Under the pieces are notes generated by a model, which saw only the letters and a program-made list of their open reading frames with translations, made no database searches and was not told where the DNA came from. From positions 77,160 through 141,159 of the forward strand of contig JADFZK010000001.1 in NCBI GenBank assembly GCA_015232565.1: 64,000 nt of DNA, read 5' to 3'. This DNA comes from Candidatus Omnitrophota bacterium. GTDB taxonomy: Bacteria > Omnitrophota > Gorgyraeia > Zapsychrales > Fredricksoniimonadaceae. Below are positions 39,976 through 51,306 of the stretch, in pieces (the stretch's first letter is position 1; every line of letters begins with the position of its first letter). The translations under genes were made by a program, and so were the position numbers.

Positions 39976-41702
39976 TGAGATCTCTTCTTAATATCACAAG
40001 GAGCACGGCATGTTTATTGCTGTGCTCCTTGTTGTTTTCGGGGGCGGGCCAGGCCGCTGATGCCCGCTATGGCGGCGAGCTGGTGTTGGCAATAACTTCC
40101 GATCCGAAATCGTTTAATCCCATACTGGCCAAAGAAACTTCCACTACCACTATCACCGGGCATTTGTTCGAAGGCCTGACCAGGCTGGACGCTTTCGATA
40201 TGACCGTCAAGCCCAATCTGGCCAGTCGCTGGCAGGTAAGCGCCGATGGCCTGACCTGGACCTTTGAATTGCGTGAAGGTTTGCGCTGGTCGGACGGCGC
40301 GCCGTTAACCGCCGATGATGTGGTGTTCACGTTTAATGACCTGATCTTTAACGACGCGGTTCCCAATTCGGCCCGGGATATATATACCATCAAGGGCCAG
40401 CCTTTGCAGGTTGAGAAGGTCGACGCTCTGACCGTGCGCTTTATTTTGCCTTTCCGTTTTGCGCCATTCCTGCGCAGTATGGGCCAGGAGATCCTGCCGA
40501 AACATGTTTTGAGCCCGGCGGTCAAGGCCGGACGGTTTGCTTTTACCTGGGGGATCGATGCGGTGCCGGGAATGGTAGTCGGTAATGGGGCTTTTGTATT
40601 GGAATCGTATTATCCCGGCCAGGAAGTTGTTCTGCGGCGTAACCCATACTATTGGAAGAAGTCACCGGCGGGGGGCGCTTTGCCTTACCTGGACCGGGTG
40701 CGTTATGTGATCGTGCCGAGCATGGATGTGGAACTGCTTAAGTTCCTGGAAGGTTCGATAGACGCCTATGGTGTGCGCGGCATGGATTTTCCCTTGTTGA
40801 AACCTTTGGAGCGTAAGCGCGATTTTCGGATCTTTGACCTGGGGCCGGATATGGGCGCGAGTTTTGTGGTCTTTAATCAGAATCCGGGCCAGGATCAAAA
40901 GACCGGCCAGCCTTTTGTTCCGCCGTTCAAGCTGGCCTGGTTTACCAATCGTGATTTTCGTCGAGCCGTGGCTTATTCCATCGATAAGGCGCGTATAATC
41001 GCGATCGTCAAGAACGGCCTGGGTTATCCGCAGTATTCACCGGAAAGTCCGGGGTCCGGCTTCTTTTATTGTGACCAGGTGCGTAAATACGACTACGATC
41101 CTGCCAAGGCCCGGGAATTGTTGGGCCAGGCGGGCTTCCGGGATGTTAATGGTGACGGGATCCTGGAAGATTTTGCCGGGCATCCTTTGGAGTTCACTTT
41201 GCTGACCAACGCGGATAATACCGAACGGGTGGACATTGCCTCGATCATCCGCCGTGACCTGGAGAATCTGGGGGTGAAGGTTAATTTTCAGCTGGTTGAG
41301 TTTAATACTTTGGTCGCCAAGCTTACTTCTACCTTTGACTGGGAAGTGGTAGTGCTCGGCCTTACCGGCTCGACCGATCCGCATTTCGGGCAGAATGTCT
41401 GGCTGTCATCCGGCCAGTTGCATATGTGGTCGCCCCGGCAGGCGGCTCCGCAGACCCGTTGGGAGAAACGTATCGACGAGCTCTTCGCCGCCGGGGTGCA
41501 GGAGTTGGACGAAACCCGGCGCAAGGCTTATTACGACGAGTACCAGCAGATCGTGGCCGAGGAAGTGCCCATGGCTTATACTGCGCTGGGTGCGCGGCTT
41601 ACCGCGGTGCGCAACAAGTTCGGCAATTTACAGCCTGCCCGGTTTGGCGGGGTGTTCCATAATATCGAGGAACTTTACGTTCTGCCTGGTGAGGGGAGAT
41701 GA
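39975..41702 (+). CDS. ABC transporter substrate-binding protein, family 5 (peptide/nickel/oligosaccharide, Opp/Dpp type).
   Basis: It has an N-terminal signal peptide. The length and motif layout match SBP_bac_5 (DGAPLTADDVVFTFND, WSDG, YYW). Confidence 0.8.
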   Translation: MRSLLNITRSTACLLLCSLLFSGAGQAADARYGGELVLAITSDPKSFNPILAKETSTTTITGHLFEGLTRLDAFDMTVKPNLASRWQVSADGLTWTFELREGLRWSDGAPLTADDVVFTFNDLIFNDAVPNSARDIYTIKGQPLQVEKVDALTVRFILPFRFAPFLRSMGQEILPKHVLSPAVKAGRFAFTWGIDAVPGMVVGNGAFVLESYYPGQEVVLRRNPYYWKKSPAGGALPYLDRVRYVIVPSMDVELLKFLEGSIDAYGVRGMDFPLLKPLERKRDFRIFDLGPDMGASFVVFNQNPGQDQKTGQPFVPPFKLAWFTNRDFRRAVAYSIDKARIIAIVKNGLGYPQYSPESPGSGFFYCDQVRKYDYDPAKARELLGQAGFRDVNGDGILEDFAGHPLEFTLLTNADNTERVDIASIIRRDLENLGVKVNFQLVEFNTLVAKLTSTFDWEVVVLGLTGSTDPHFGQNVWLSSGQLHMWSPRQAAPQTRWEKRIDELFAAGVQELDETRRKAYYDEYQQIVAEEVPMAYTALGARLTAVRNKFGNLQPARFGGVFHNIEELYVLPGEGR

Positions 41703-42673
41703 TGAAATATATTGCGCGGCGAATAGTTACGGCAGTTTTTCTGTTATTGGCCATGAGCTTTCTTACTTTTATGCTTATGCGCCTGACCCCGGGTAATTAT
41801 CTGGATACGCTCCGGCTGGATCCGCAAGTGTCTGCGGAAACCCTGGCGCATTATGAGAAACTTTACCATTTGAATGATCCGGCCTTTATGCAATATGGTT
41901 ACTGGTTGACCAATCTTTTGCGCGGTGAAATGGGGTATTCTTTTTATTATAACGTGCCGGTGGTGAATATTATCGGCGGCCGGATCTGGAATACCTTTGT
42001 GCTGTCGCTGTGCGCTTTTCTGGTTACTTGGCTGTTGGCCATACCGCTGGGGGTTTGGGCGGCTCTGCGGCGTAATCGTTTCTCCGACCGGCTGGTGCAG
42101 GTCTTGAGTTATGTTTTTCTTTCCTTACCGGGTTTCTTTGTGGCAATGATCTTTCTTTTCTGGGCCAGCCAGACCGGTATCCTGCCGCTGGGAGGGATGC
42201 ATAGTCCGGGTTACGCGGTCTGGCCGTGGTGGCGCCAGTGGCTTGATCTGGGGGCGCATTTGGTTATACCGACCGCGGCTTTGTCTTTGGGTTCGGTGGC
42301 CGCTTTACAGCGGATCATGCGCGGCAATATGCTCGAGGAGCTGGGTAAACAATATGTTCTGGCCGCGCGGGCCAAAGGCCTGCCCGAGAACCGGATCATT
42401 TATGTGCATGTCCTGCGCAATGCGCTCAACCCTTTGATCACGCTGTTGGGTTATGAATTCGCCGGATTGCTCAGCGGTGCGGCGATCATGGAGATCATCA
42501 CCAGCTGGCCGGGCCTGGGCGCGCTGATGCTTACCGCGGTACGGTCTAAGGATATTTACCTGGTTATGGCGAGCATGCTGATGGGTGGAGTGATGTTCAT
42601 TGCCGGCAATTTGCTGGCTGATATCCTGCTGGCCAAGGCTGATCCGCGTATCCGGGCTGAGAGTGCTGTTTAG
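41699..42673 (+). CDS. ABC transporter permease (OppB/DppB-like).
   Basis: It has the MMKYIARRIVTAVFLLL start typical of DppB. It also has an EAA-like loop (YVLAARAKGLPENRIIYVHVLRNAL). Confidence 0.8.
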   Translation: MMKYIARRIVTAVFLLLAMSFLTFMLMRLTPGNYLDTLRLDPQVSAETLAHYEKLYHLNDPAFMQYGYWLTNLLRGEMGYSFYYNVPVVNIIGGRIWNTFVLSLCAFLVTWLLAIPLGVWAALRRNRFSDRLVQVLSYVFLSLPGFFVAMIFLFWASQTGILPLGGMHSPGYAVWPWWRQWLDLGAHLVIPTAALSLGSVAALQRIMRGNMLEELGKQYVLAARAKGLPENRIIYVHVLRNALNPLITLLGYEFAGLLSGAAIMEIITSWPGLGALMLTAVRSKDIYLVMASMLMGGVMFIAGNLLADILLAKADPRIRAESAV

Positions 42674-42688
42674 AAATCTACAGGTGCT

Positions 42689-43708
42689 ATGAAAAAGATG
42701 ACCGGCTTGTTTTTCAAGAATAAATGGGCGCTGGCGGCGCTCTGGGCTCTGGGTGTGCTATATGCCGGAGCTTTACTGGCCGATTTTGTGGCGCCGTACT
42801 CTTTTAAGGACGAGGCGCGGGACCTGTCTTATTGCCCGCCTACCGCGATCCAGGTGGTCCATGATGGCAAATTGCGTTCGCCCTTTGTTTATGGCCGCAA
42901 GTTGACGTTTAACGAATACCGCCAGCGGATATATGTAACGGACCAGACTGTTTTGTATGCGGTCAAGTTCTTTACTCCCAGGCTTTTTACGGTTGAGGCT
43001 CCGGGCCGGGTATATTTGCTGGGCGCAGATAGCCGCGGGCGCGATATATTGTCGCGCATTATTTATGGGGCGCGGGTATCTTTGACCATTGGTTTGATCG
43101 GCGTGCTGATCTCTTTTGCCCTCGGGTTGCTGGTGGGTGGTATCGCCGGGTATTATGGCGGACGGGTAGATAATGTGTTGATGCGGCTGTGCGAAGTGTT
43201 GATGATGGCTCCGGGTTTTTATTTGTTATTGGCCTTGCGTGCCGCAGTGCCGGATAACTTTAATTCGGTGCAGGTATACTTTTCTATTGTGATAATCTTG
43301 TCAGTGATCGGCTGGGCGGGTTTGGCCAGGGTAGTGCGCGGGATGTGCCTGTCTTTACGGGAACGGGATTATGTGCTGGCGGCAAAGACTTTTGGCTTGA
43401 GTGACTTACAGATAATTGTCCGTCATATTCTACCGCATACGGTGTCGTATTCGATCGCCGCGGTCATGTTATCGATACCAGGCTATATTCTGGGTGAGTC
43501 GGCTCTAAGCCTCATAGGTTTGGGGATACAGGATCCTTATGCCAGCTGGGGCAATATGCTGTCGGACGCGATGAGTATAGTGCGTATCAAGTTCGCGCCC
43601 TGGATCCTGTGGCCCGCGTTCTTTATTTTTGTGAGTGTGGTATGTTTTAATGTGATCGGCGATGCACTGCGTGATGTTTTGGACCCTATGATAAAGCGGG
43701 ATACATGA
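42689..43708 (+). CDS. ABC transporter permease (OppC/DppC-like).
   Basis: It has the long N-terminal periplasmic segment typical of OppC and an EAA loop (YVLAAKTFGLSDLQIIVRHILPH). Confidence 0.8.
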   Translation: MKKMTGLFFKNKWALAALWALGVLYAGALLADFVAPYSFKDEARDLSYCPPTAIQVVHDGKLRSPFVYGRKLTFNEYRQRIYVTDQTVLYAVKFFTPRLFTVEAPGRVYLLGADSRGRDILSRIIYGARVSLTIGLIGVLISFALGLLVGGIAGYYGGRVDNVLMRLCEVLMMAPGFYLLLALRAAVPDNFNSVQVYFSIVIILSVIGWAGLARVVRGMCLSLRERDYVLAAKTFGLSDLQIIVRHILPHTVSYSIAAVMLSIPGYILGESALSLIGLGIQDPYASWGNMLSDAMSIVRIKFAPWILWPAFFIFVSVVCFNVIGDALRDVLDPMIKRDT

Positions 43709-44490
43709 ATAATCTCCTGGAAGTGCAAGGTTTGTCAGTCAGTTTGCCGCAATCTGGCGTTGCCGGAGCCAGGAGTGTGCTGAGTAATGTTTCTTTTGCA
43801 GTGTCGCGCGGTGCTGTTTTGGGTATTGTGGGTGGTTCAGGGAGCGGCAAAACCACCCTGGGTCTGGCGTTGTTGGGGCTTTTGCCCTCGGTAATGGTCC
43901 TGGCGGGCGGACAAGTGATATTTGATGGCCGAGAGTTGACGAAACTCTCGCCGGAAGAATGGCGGGCGTTGCGTGGGGCAGGCATCAGCATGGCCTTTCA
44001 GGAGCCGATGAGCGCGTTTGATCCGGTGATGACCATTGGCGCCCAGATCCAGGAGACCGTGTTGGCACATGAAAAAATTTCGTCTGCGGCGGCGCGCGAG
44101 CGTGCTTTGGAAGCTTTGCGTCTTTCCGGGTTGGCCGATCCTGTGCGGATAGCCGCGGCCTATGCTTTTGAATTAAGCGGCGGCTTGCGCCAGCGCGCGA
44201 TGATCGCGCAGGCGCTGGCCTGTCGTCCCGCGCTGTTAATTGCCGACGAGCCTACCAGCAGTCTGGATGTTAATACCCAGGAAAAGATCCTGGAGCTTTT
44301 TCAGGAGTTGCGCCGTTCTTTGGGGTTGTCGATAATTATCATTACGCACGATCTGGGGGTGGTGCGCCGGACGGCGGATGAAGTGGTGGTGTTATGCCGC
44401 GGCGTAGTCGTTGAGCAGGGCAAGGTGGCGCAGATGATGAGTGCGCCGCGTGCGGACTACACCCGGTTGCTGCTTGAAGCGGAAGGATGA
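43705..44490 (+). CDS. ABC transporter ATP-binding protein (OppD/DppD-like).
   Basis: It has Walker [10 protein letters not shown], the signature LSGGLRQR and Walker [13 protein letters not shown]. Confidence 0.85.
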   Translation: MNNLLEVQGLSVSLPQSGVAGARSVLSNVSFAVSRGAVLGIVGGSGSGKTTLGLALLGLLPSVMVLAGGQVIFDGRELTKLSPEEWRALRGAGISMAFQEPMSAFDPVMTIGAQIQETVLAHEKISSAAARERALEALRLSGLADPVRIAAAYAFELSGGLRQRAMIAQALACRPALLIADEPTSSLDVNTQEKILELFQELRRSLGLSIIIITHDLGVVRRTADEVVVLCRGVVVEQGKVAQMMSAPRADYTRLLLEAEG

Positions 44491-44496
44491 AATTTC

Positions 44497-45198
44497 ATGC
44501 TTTTGGAATTAAAGGATATCAGCAAGACTTTTTCTGACCGGGCCGGAGGTAAGGTTAAGGCCGTGGATGGGGTTTCTTTGTGTATAACGGCTCAGGAAAG
44601 CTGTGCTATCGTTGGCGAGTCCGGTTGTGGTAAGACCACCCTGGCACGGATCGCCATGGGCCTGGTACGGCCGGATGCCGGCAAGATTTTATTTGAGGGC
44701 CAGCCGGTCTGGGGTGACCGCAAGCGTGAGCAGAATTTCCGCCTCAAGGTGCGGATGGTTTTTCAGGATCCTTTCGCCAGCCTGGACCCGCGGTATTCGG
44801 TGCGGGCTATTTTAGACGAGGCTTTGCATCTTCAGGGGCGTATCAGTCGTGATGAGCGGAAAGTTAAAATGGCGGCCGTTCTGGAGGCGGTCGCTCTGCC
44901 TGCGGATATCCTGTCCCGTTATCCGCATGAATTCAGTGGCGGCGAAAGACAGCGCCTGGCGATCGCCCGGGCCCTGATGACCGACCCCGCCCTGTTAATC
45001 CTTGACGAAGCGGTTTCTTCGCTGGACGTAATTGTGCAGAAAGAAGTCCTGGATTGTCTGGCCGGCTTGCAAAGCGCCAAACAGCTTACCTATCTGTTCA
45101 TTACTCATAATCTTGCGGCCGCGCGCCGTATTACGCGTAAGATCATCGTTATGCGATCTGGTAAAATTATTAACGTCACGGGCGCAAATGATCTATAG
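44497..45198 (+). CDS. ABC transporter ATP-binding protein (OppF/DppF-like).
   Basis: It has Walker A GESGCGKTT, the signature FSGGERQR and Walker B LLILDEAVSSLD. Confidence 0.85.
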   Translation: MLLELKDISKTFSDRAGGKVKAVDGVSLCITAQESCAIVGESGCGKTTLARIAMGLVRPDAGKILFEGQPVWGDRKREQNFRLKVRMVFQDPFASLDPRYSVRAILDEALHLQGRISRDERKVKMAAVLEAVALPADILSRYPHEFSGGERQRLAIARALMTDPALLILDEAVSSLDVIVQKEVLDCLAGLQSAKQLTYLFITHNLAAARRITRKIIVMRSGKIINVTGANDL

Positions 45199-45227
45199 TA
45201 GTGTTTTGGCAACAGGAGGTTGTATTA

Positions 45228-45845
45228 ATGGCAGGTTCGATCGTTCCGGGTAACGCAACGTTGCAAACCATCAATGATCGCCGCAGTACCAGGATGTTCC
45301 TGGACACTCCGGTTTCGGAAGATGATATCCGCACTATTTTGGACGCGGCACATCAGGCGCCTTCGGCGCACAATCAGCAGTCCTGGCGTTTTATTGTCAT
45401 TAGCGGGGCGCAGAAAGACGCGTTTGCCGCATTGATCAATGATAAAGCCGCCGATTTCCCCAAGCCTTCCTCAACTTTGTTACGCCTGGCGTCACGCGCT
45501 GTTAATTCCGCTCCGGTGGTGGTGGGGATCGCCAATTCCGGCGAGCTGATCTCCCGCGGAGCGGGTTTGTTCAATCTGGATGATTCGGCGGCCTTCGATT
45601 TTTTCCGGGTCATGGAGATCCAGAGCTCGGCCGCAGCGGTGCAGAATTTATTGCTGGCCGCCACTTCCCTGGGGCTTTCCACGGTTTGGCTGGGGGTCCT
45701 GGTGCTCATTAAGGCTGATATCCTGAAGTTCATCGGCGAGCCTCAAGGTGAGTTCATGGCTGTTATCCCGGTAGGGTATTCGGTGCCGTCCACCAGCGGC
45801 CCAAAAAAGAAAGCGCTGGATATGGTTATTCGGCGTCTTGCATAA
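45228..45845 (+). CDS. Nitroreductase-family protein.
   Basis: It has RRSTRMFLDTPVSEDDIRTILDAAHQAPSAHNQQSWRF, the canonical nitroreductase N-terminus. An AGGAGGT ribosome-binding site lies 7 nt upstream of the ATG at 45228. Confidence 0.75.
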   Translation: MAGSIVPGNATLQTINDRRSTRMFLDTPVSEDDIRTILDAAHQAPSAHNQQSWRFIVISGAQKDAFAALINDKAADFPKPSSTLLRLASRAVNSAPVVVGIANSGELISRGAGLFNLDDSAAFDFFRVMEIQSSAAAVQNLLLAATSLGLSTVWLGVLVLIKADILKFIGEPQGEFMAVIPVGYSVPSTSGPKKKALDMVIRRLA

Positions 45846-45865
45846 CTTGAACAGGCGGTCATCAT

Positions 45866-48004
45866 ATGAGCATTGATTTCTTTCGCAAACTTAACTGGGC
45901 TTTCGGGCTGATCGCGCTGGGCATTTTGTTCGGCGTCATACTCTTTGCCGCTACGGTCGAGGTCAAAGACCTGGACCTTTGGCTGCATTTGAGAATGGGC
46001 GAATACATTGTCCGCTACGGCTATGTGCCTTCGTTCGATGTCCTTTCGGCTTCATTCTTTGGCCAGCCGTGGGTGAATCATGAATGGCTTTTTCAGGTGG
46101 TGGTCCATTTGGTGCGCCAGGGCTGGGGCATGGATGGGCTTATTTACATGCAGGCCGGGCTGGTGCTGGTTACGTTTTTGCTGGCTTTGTTGCTGGTGTA
46201 CGACAAGGATCGTCAGCTGGTGCTGATCCCGTTTCTTTTTCTGGTCTTACAGATCTATCAAACTCGTTTTACGATCCGTCCGGATATCTTCAGCCTGTTC
46301 TTTTTTATCTGCTACATTGTGATCCTCTCGTCGCATTTGCACAAGCGCTGGTCGGTGTGGGCGCTGTTCATTTTGCAGGTAATTTGGACGAACATGCACG
46401 GGTATTCCTTGTGGGGTATCATTTTTGTCCTCATCGGCCTGGCCGCCGAGGCGCTCAAGCGCCGGGTGCCTTTGCCGTATCAGTGGAATGTGATCGGCCG
46501 TTTGACTGATGATGAGTTTCAGCGCCTGGGGCTCATTGCCGCCGCTTTGCTCGCCGCCATGTTCTTTAATCCGATGGGACTGGAAGGGGCTTTGTACCCT
46601 GTTCGGACGCTGATCGGTATCACCGGGGACTCCCGGGTGTTCTTCGACAGCATCACCGAGCTGCAGCGTTCGCTGTCCTGGAATACGCTTTTCAACATTG
46701 ACGATCAGTGGGCTTTCAAGTCGCTCATTGTGCTTTCTTTCATAAGTTTTATATTTAACCGCCGCAAACTTGATATCAGCGCTCTGATGCTCTGGTTGGT
46801 TTTTCTGCTTTTTTCCATCAGCGCTGTCCGGAACATGACCTATTTTGCTTTTGCGGCTTTTCTGGTTACCGGCTATAACCTGGCCGAGGTCCGGTTTCGG
46901 GATGTGGTGCCTTTGCGTTTCCGGAACATCAAGTTCTTTTTCTTAACCGGCACGGCGGGGGCGTTTTTTCTGGCGCTGTATCTGGTGGACTTTGGCAATA
47001 ATCTGGCCGAACGCGGCTATTATGATTTCGACAAATACCGTCAGAAGAGCGAGTTTCTGGGTGTTTCCCAGCGCAATTTCCCGGATAAGGCCGCGCAGTT
47101 CCTGATCGATAAAAAGATCACGGGTAACTTTTTCAACGATTTTAATTCCGGGGCTTATCTGGTAGGCCGCGTTTGTCCGGGCGTGATGGTTTATATCGAC
47201 GGGCGAACCGAGTTGCGCGGGCCGGTATTCTTCAAAGAGTATCAGAAGATCTGGAATAACGGCGATGCCCAGGCTTTTGAGGCGGTAGTGCGCAGGTATA
47301 ATCTGACCGGCGCTTTTATTAATACCTCCGGACATTTCGCCTCCGAGAAATTCCTTAAGATGCTGGCCGGTAAGCCGGAATGGAAGCCGGTCTATTTTGA
47401 TTACGACGCGCTGGTTTTGTTAAAAGATGTGCCGGGGAACCGGCAATGGATAAAGCAGTATGGCATTAACCTGGCGTCCTGGAAACCTGTGGAGCTTAAC
47501 TTGCAGGAACTGGGCCCGGCGCGCGTGGTGCCTTACCGTTATGTCCGTCGGGCGCGTACTTTGTATGATATGGGTTTTGTGGATCCGGCAGTGCGGGAGG
47601 CTCAGGCGGCGCTGAGGGTATTGCCGGCTTATGACGAAGCTTTCCGGATCCTGGGCGATGCGGCCAGTAAAAAAGGTGATATTATCAAGGCGTTTGAATA
47701 TTATCGCCTGGTCTGTGCGCACGCTGGCGGTGATGCTTTGGCCCGCAAGAAGCTGGCGATGGCGTATTTGACCCTCAACAATCCTGCCAAGGCCGTGGAA
47801 CAGGCCCGGCTGGCGGTAGAACTGGACGGGTCGAGCGTGGAATATAAATATGCCCTGGCCAGGGCGCTGGCGAAAAACAAGCAATTTAAAGAAGGTTATG
47901 ATATATTAGTGCCGATTTTGGCGGACCAAAAAGACTCGTCCGGGATCAAGGAGAAGGCCGGGGTGCTTCTTAAAGAGATAAAGTTACATATGGAGAAGAA
48001 ATAG
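45866..48004 (+). CDS. Large polytopic membrane protein with C-terminal TPR repeats (712 aa); possible GT-C/oligosaccharyltransferase-like enzyme.
   Basis: It has about 11 N-terminal TM helices, then a soluble domain ending in TPR-like repeats ([38 protein letters not shown] ... [29 protein letters not shown]). Confidence 0.5.
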   Translation: MSIDFFRKLNWAFGLIALGILFGVILFAATVEVKDLDLWLHLRMGEYIVRYGYVPSFDVLSASFFGQPWVNHEWLFQVVVHLVRQGWGMDGLIYMQAGLVLVTFLLALLLVYDKDRQLVLIPFLFLVLQIYQTRFTIRPDIFSLFFFICYIVILSSHLHKRWSVWALFILQVIWTNMHGYSLWGIIFVLIGLAAEALKRRVPLPYQWNVIGRLTDDEFQRLGLIAAALLAAMFFNPMGLEGALYPVRTLIGITGDSRVFFDSITELQRSLSWNTLFNIDDQWAFKSLIVLSFISFIFNRRKLDISALMLWLVFLLFSISAVRNMTYFAFAAFLVTGYNLAEVRFRDVVPLRFRNIKFFFLTGTAGAFFLALYLVDFGNNLAERGYYDFDKYRQKSEFLGVSQRNFPDKAAQFLIDKKITGNFFNDFNSGAYLVGRVCPGVMVYIDGRTELRGPVFFKEYQKIWNNGDAQAFEAVVRRYNLTGAFINTSGHFASEKFLKMLAGKPEWKPVYFDYDALVLLKDVPGNRQWIKQYGINLASWKPVELNLQELGPARVVPYRYVRRARTLYDMGFVDPAVREAQAALRVLPAYDEAFRILGDAASKKGDIIKAFEYYRLVCAHAGGDALARKKLAMAYLTLNNPAKAVEQARLAVELDGSSVEYKYALARALAKNKQFKEGYDILVPILADQKDSSGIKEKAGVLLKEIKLHMEKK

Positions 48005-48006
48005 TT

Positions 48007-49224
48007 ATGTCCAAGCAGGTGCTTACATTCATTCTGGCGGGCGGTAAGGGCGAGCGGTTAAATCCGCTTACGCGCGATCGGGCCAAGCCGGCGGTCCCTT
48101 TTGGCGGGATATACCGGATCATCGATTTTACCCTTTCCAATTGCATCAACTCCGGCCTGCGGCGGATCTTTGTGCTTATTCAGTACAAGTCTTTTTCCTT
48201 ACAGCGGCATATCCTTTCGGGTTGGGATGTGGTATCCAGCCAGCTGGGTGAATTTATCGATGTTATTCCGGCCCAACAGCGCCTGGGTGAGGACTGGTAT
48301 AAAGGTACGGCCGATGCCATCTATCAGAATTTGTATGCCATCAGCGATTACGCTCCGGAGTATATCCTTATACTGGCCGGCGACCATCTTTACAAAATGG
48401 ATTATCAGAAGATGATCGACGATCATATTAAAAACCAGGCCGACGTTACGGTGGCCTGTATCAAGATGCCCAAAGACGAGGCTTCCAGTTTTGGCGTGAT
48501 CGAGGTCGATAAACATAGCTTTATAACCGGTTTTCAGGAAAAGCCGGCGGCTCCCAAGACCGTGCCTAATGAGCCCGACAAGATCTTTGCCTCGATGGGT
48601 ATTTACCTGTTTAGCCGCAAGATGCTGATTTCGGAACTGGAACGCGATTCGCTGGATGTGCGCTCCGACCATGATTTCGGCAAGAATATCATCCCCAAGA
48701 TGCTGGCCGGCAAGAAGAAGATCCTGGCCTATGATTTTGGCCAGCAATCGCATTACTGGCGTGATATCGGGACTCGCGATGCTTATTACGAAGCCAATAT
48801 GGACCTGGTCAGCCTTAAGCCGGCGTTCAACTTGTTCGATAAAGTTTGGCCCCTGCGTACCCATTATTCACATTATCCGCCAGTGTTAATGCGGACGATC
48901 TGCGAGAAAGACCGTTGTGTTACCGGCATGGTGGTGGACTCGATTATTTCTCCCGGCTGTGTGATCGAAGGCGGCCGGGTGGAACGCTCCATACTGTCTT
49001 CCCAGGTGACTTTGCGCCGCGACAGCCTGGTGCAGGACTCGGTTATTATGGAAAGCGTGGTGGTAGGCGAAGGCGCGCAGATCAGGAATGCGATCATCGA
49101 CAAGCAGGTGCATGTCCCGCCCGGCGAGAAGATCGGCTACGACCTGGAGCTGGACCGCAAACGTTTCGCGGTTACCGCTTCCGGCATAGTTATCGTGGCC
49201 AAAAGGACCTCGATCGAGAGCTGA
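48007..49224 (+). CDS. glgC: Glucose-1-phosphate adenylyltransferase.
   Basis: It has [45 protein letters not shown], the canonical GlgC N-terminus. It also has the C-terminal LbH domain. Confidence 0.85.
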   Translation: MSKQVLTFILAGGKGERLNPLTRDRAKPAVPFGGIYRIIDFTLSNCINSGLRRIFVLIQYKSFSLQRHILSGWDVVSSQLGEFIDVIPAQQRLGEDWYKGTADAIYQNLYAISDYAPEYILILAGDHLYKMDYQKMIDDHIKNQADVTVACIKMPKDEASSFGVIEVDKHSFITGFQEKPAAPKTVPNEPDKIFASMGIYLFSRKMLISELERDSLDVRSDHDFGKNIIPKMLAGKKKILAYDFGQQSHYWRDIGTRDAYYEANMDLVSLKPAFNLFDKVWPLRTHYSHYPPVLMRTICEKDRCVTGMVVDSIISPGCVIEGGRVERSILSSQVTLRRDSLVQDSVIMESVVVGEGAQIRNAIIDKQVHVPPGEKIGYDLELDRKRFAVTASGIVIVAKRTSIES

Positions 49225-49371
49225 GCAAAAATTTTATAAAATATTTTGCTTTCCCGTTATTTGTGGTATTATTCCTGACATTTGCAGGGTAGGGGTCTTT
49301 CTTCCGGGCCGGCTTTTCATGTATCCGGAGATGGATCAAATCAAAAACAGGGCTTTTTTGGAGAGGTTAAA

Positions 49372-50526
49372 ATGATAGATTATCTTCTTACCGAAGAACA
49401 AACCATGATCCGGGATATGGCCCGTCAGATCACCGATGAAAAGATCCGCCCGGTGGCGGCTGAGTACGATCACACCGAGAAATTCCCATGGGATATTATG
49501 AAGGTCATGGGTAAATCCGACCTTTTTGGTGTTTATATCGATCAAAAGTATGGCGGCATGGGCGGCGGCGTGTTCGAGCTGTGCCTGGCTACCGAAGAAT
49601 TCTCCCGGGGTTGCGCGGGTATCGCTATTTGCTATTCCGCTTCGGCCTTAGGCGCTTACCCTATTATCCTGCATGGTAGTGAAGAACAAAAGATGAAATA
49701 TTTGCCCGCAATCGCCAAAGGCGAGAAGCTGGCGGCTTTTGGTTTAACTGAACCCGCCGCCGGTTCCGATGCCAGTGCTATTCAGACCACGGCCGAGAAA
49801 AAAGGCGATCACTATATCCTCAATGGTACCAAGCACTTTATAACCAATGGTGGTGAGGCCGAGATCTATACCATCATTGCCATGACCGACAAATCCAAGG
49901 GCCCGCGTGGCGCCAGTCTTTTTGTAGTGGAAAAAGGCACTCCGGGTTTTACTTTCGGTAAAAAAGAGGACAAGCTCGGCATTCGCGCTTCCGCCACCCG
50001 GGAGCTGATCTTTGATAATTGCAAGATCCCGAAAGAGAATTTGATCGGTCGGGAAGGTACCGGTTTTATTGCCGCTATGCGGACTTTTGATATGTCACGT
50101 CCGGGCATTGGCGCTCAGGCCGTTGGTATTGCTCAGGGTGCTTTGGATGCCGCGCTCAAATATGCCAAGCAGAGAAAACAGTTTGGCAAATCTATTTCGA
50201 CTTTCCAGGGAATACAGTGGATGCTGGCCGATATGGCCACCGAGACTGAAGCGGCCCGGGCTCTGGTGTATGCTTCGGCCAGGGAAGTTAATGCGGGCAA
50301 GAAAGATGTTGGCACGCATTCGGCTATGGCCAAGTTGTACGCTTCGGATGTGGCTATGAAAGTAGCTACGGACGCGGTGCAGATATTTGGCGGTTATGGT
50401 TACCTCAAGGAGTATCCCGCCGAGAAATATATGCGCGATGCCAAAATAACCCAAATTTACGAAGGTACGAATCAGATCCAGCGCAATATTATCGCCATGG
50501 GCCTGATCAAAGAATCCGCTAAATGA
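49372..50526 (+). CDS. Acyl-CoA dehydrogenase (short-chain/butyryl-CoA dehydrogenase type).
   Basis: It has LTEEQTMIRDMARQ, GLTEPAAGSDASAIQTTAEK, YASD and QIFGGYGY ... IYEGTNQIQR, the ACAD N, middle and C-terminal domains. Confidence 0.85.
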   Translation: MIDYLLTEEQTMIRDMARQITDEKIRPVAAEYDHTEKFPWDIMKVMGKSDLFGVYIDQKYGGMGGGVFELCLATEEFSRGCAGIAICYSASALGAYPIILHGSEEQKMKYLPAIAKGEKLAAFGLTEPAAGSDASAIQTTAEKKGDHYILNGTKHFITNGGEAEIYTIIAMTDKSKGPRGASLFVVEKGTPGFTFGKKEDKLGIRASATRELIFDNCKIPKENLIGREGTGFIAAMRTFDMSRPGIGAQAVGIAQGALDAALKYAKQRKQFGKSISTFQGIQWMLADMATETEAARALVYASAREVNAGKKDVGTHSAMAKLYASDVAMKVATDAVQIFGGYGYLKEYPAEKYMRDAKITQIYEGTNQIQRNIIAMGLIKESAK

Positions 50527-51305
50527 ATATTATAGTCTGCGTTAAACAGGTACCTGATACCACGGAAGTCAGGATCGATCCGGTCACCAAGAACCTTGTT
50601 AGAGAAGGCGTCAAGGCGATCATTAATCCTTTCGACATGTATGCTATCGAAGAAGGCTTGCGCCTGAAAGAAAAGTTTGGCGGCAAGGTTACGGCTATTA
50701 CCATGGGTCCGCCCCAGGCCGAGGCTATTCTTCGGGAAGCCATTTCCCTGGGTTGCGACGATGTTGTTCTGGTCAGCGACCGCGGCTTTGCCGGGTCGGA
50801 TACTTTGGCTACCGGATACACCTTGTCCAAGGCCATTGAAAAGATCAAGGATTACGATCTTATCATTTGCGGCAAACAGGCCATCGACGGTGATACCGCC
50901 CAGGTGGGGCCGGGCATCGCGGCAACTCTGGATATTGCCCAGATCGCGTATGTGCGCAAAGTCGAAGAGATCAAAGACGGCTACATTACGGCCGAACGGG
51001 CCACCGAAGCGGGCTACGAAGTCGTGCAGTCCAAACTGCCCTGTTTGTTGACGGTGGTAAAGGAGATCAATGATCCGCGCCTGCCTTCTTTGAAAGGCAA
51101 GATGCGGGCCAAGAGCGCGGTGGTTACGGTCTGGAAAGCGGCCGATATCCTGGCGGAAGAGAGCCGTATCGGATTGAAAGGCTCGCCGACCTGGGTGTTG
51201 AACATTTTCACGCCGCCGCCCAGGTCAAAAGGTAAAATCTTTGCGGGAGAACCGCAGGAAGCTGTTGATCAGCTTTTTGAATCAGTGAAAGGCTTGCTAC
51301 ATTAA
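50523..51305 (+). CDS. etfB: Electron-transfer flavoprotein beta subunit.
   Basis: It has MNIIVCVKQVPDTTEVRIDP and DLIICGKQAIDGDTAQVGP, the canonical EtfB motifs. Confidence 0.85.
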   Translation: MNIIVCVKQVPDTTEVRIDPVTKNLVREGVKAIINPFDMYAIEEGLRLKEKFGGKVTAITMGPPQAEAILREAISLGCDDVVLVSDRGFAGSDTLATGYTLSKAIEKIKDYDLIICGKQAIDGDTAQVGPGIAATLDIAQIAYVRKVEEIKDGYITAERATEAGYEVVQSKLPCLLTVVKEINDPRLPSLKGKMRAKSAVVTVWKAADILAEESRIGLKGSPTWVLNIFTPPPRSKGKIFAGEPQEAVDQLFESVKGLLH

Positions 51306-51306
51306 A

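Noticed and set aside
49225-49371. I considered an AT-rich near-palindrome (gcaaaaatttta/taaaatattttgc, 49224-49250) after glgC as a terminator, and a promoter for the acyl-CoA dehydrogenase.
   Set aside because: The stem is almost entirely A:T and therefore weak. No convincing -35/-10 pair was found, so I left it unannotated.
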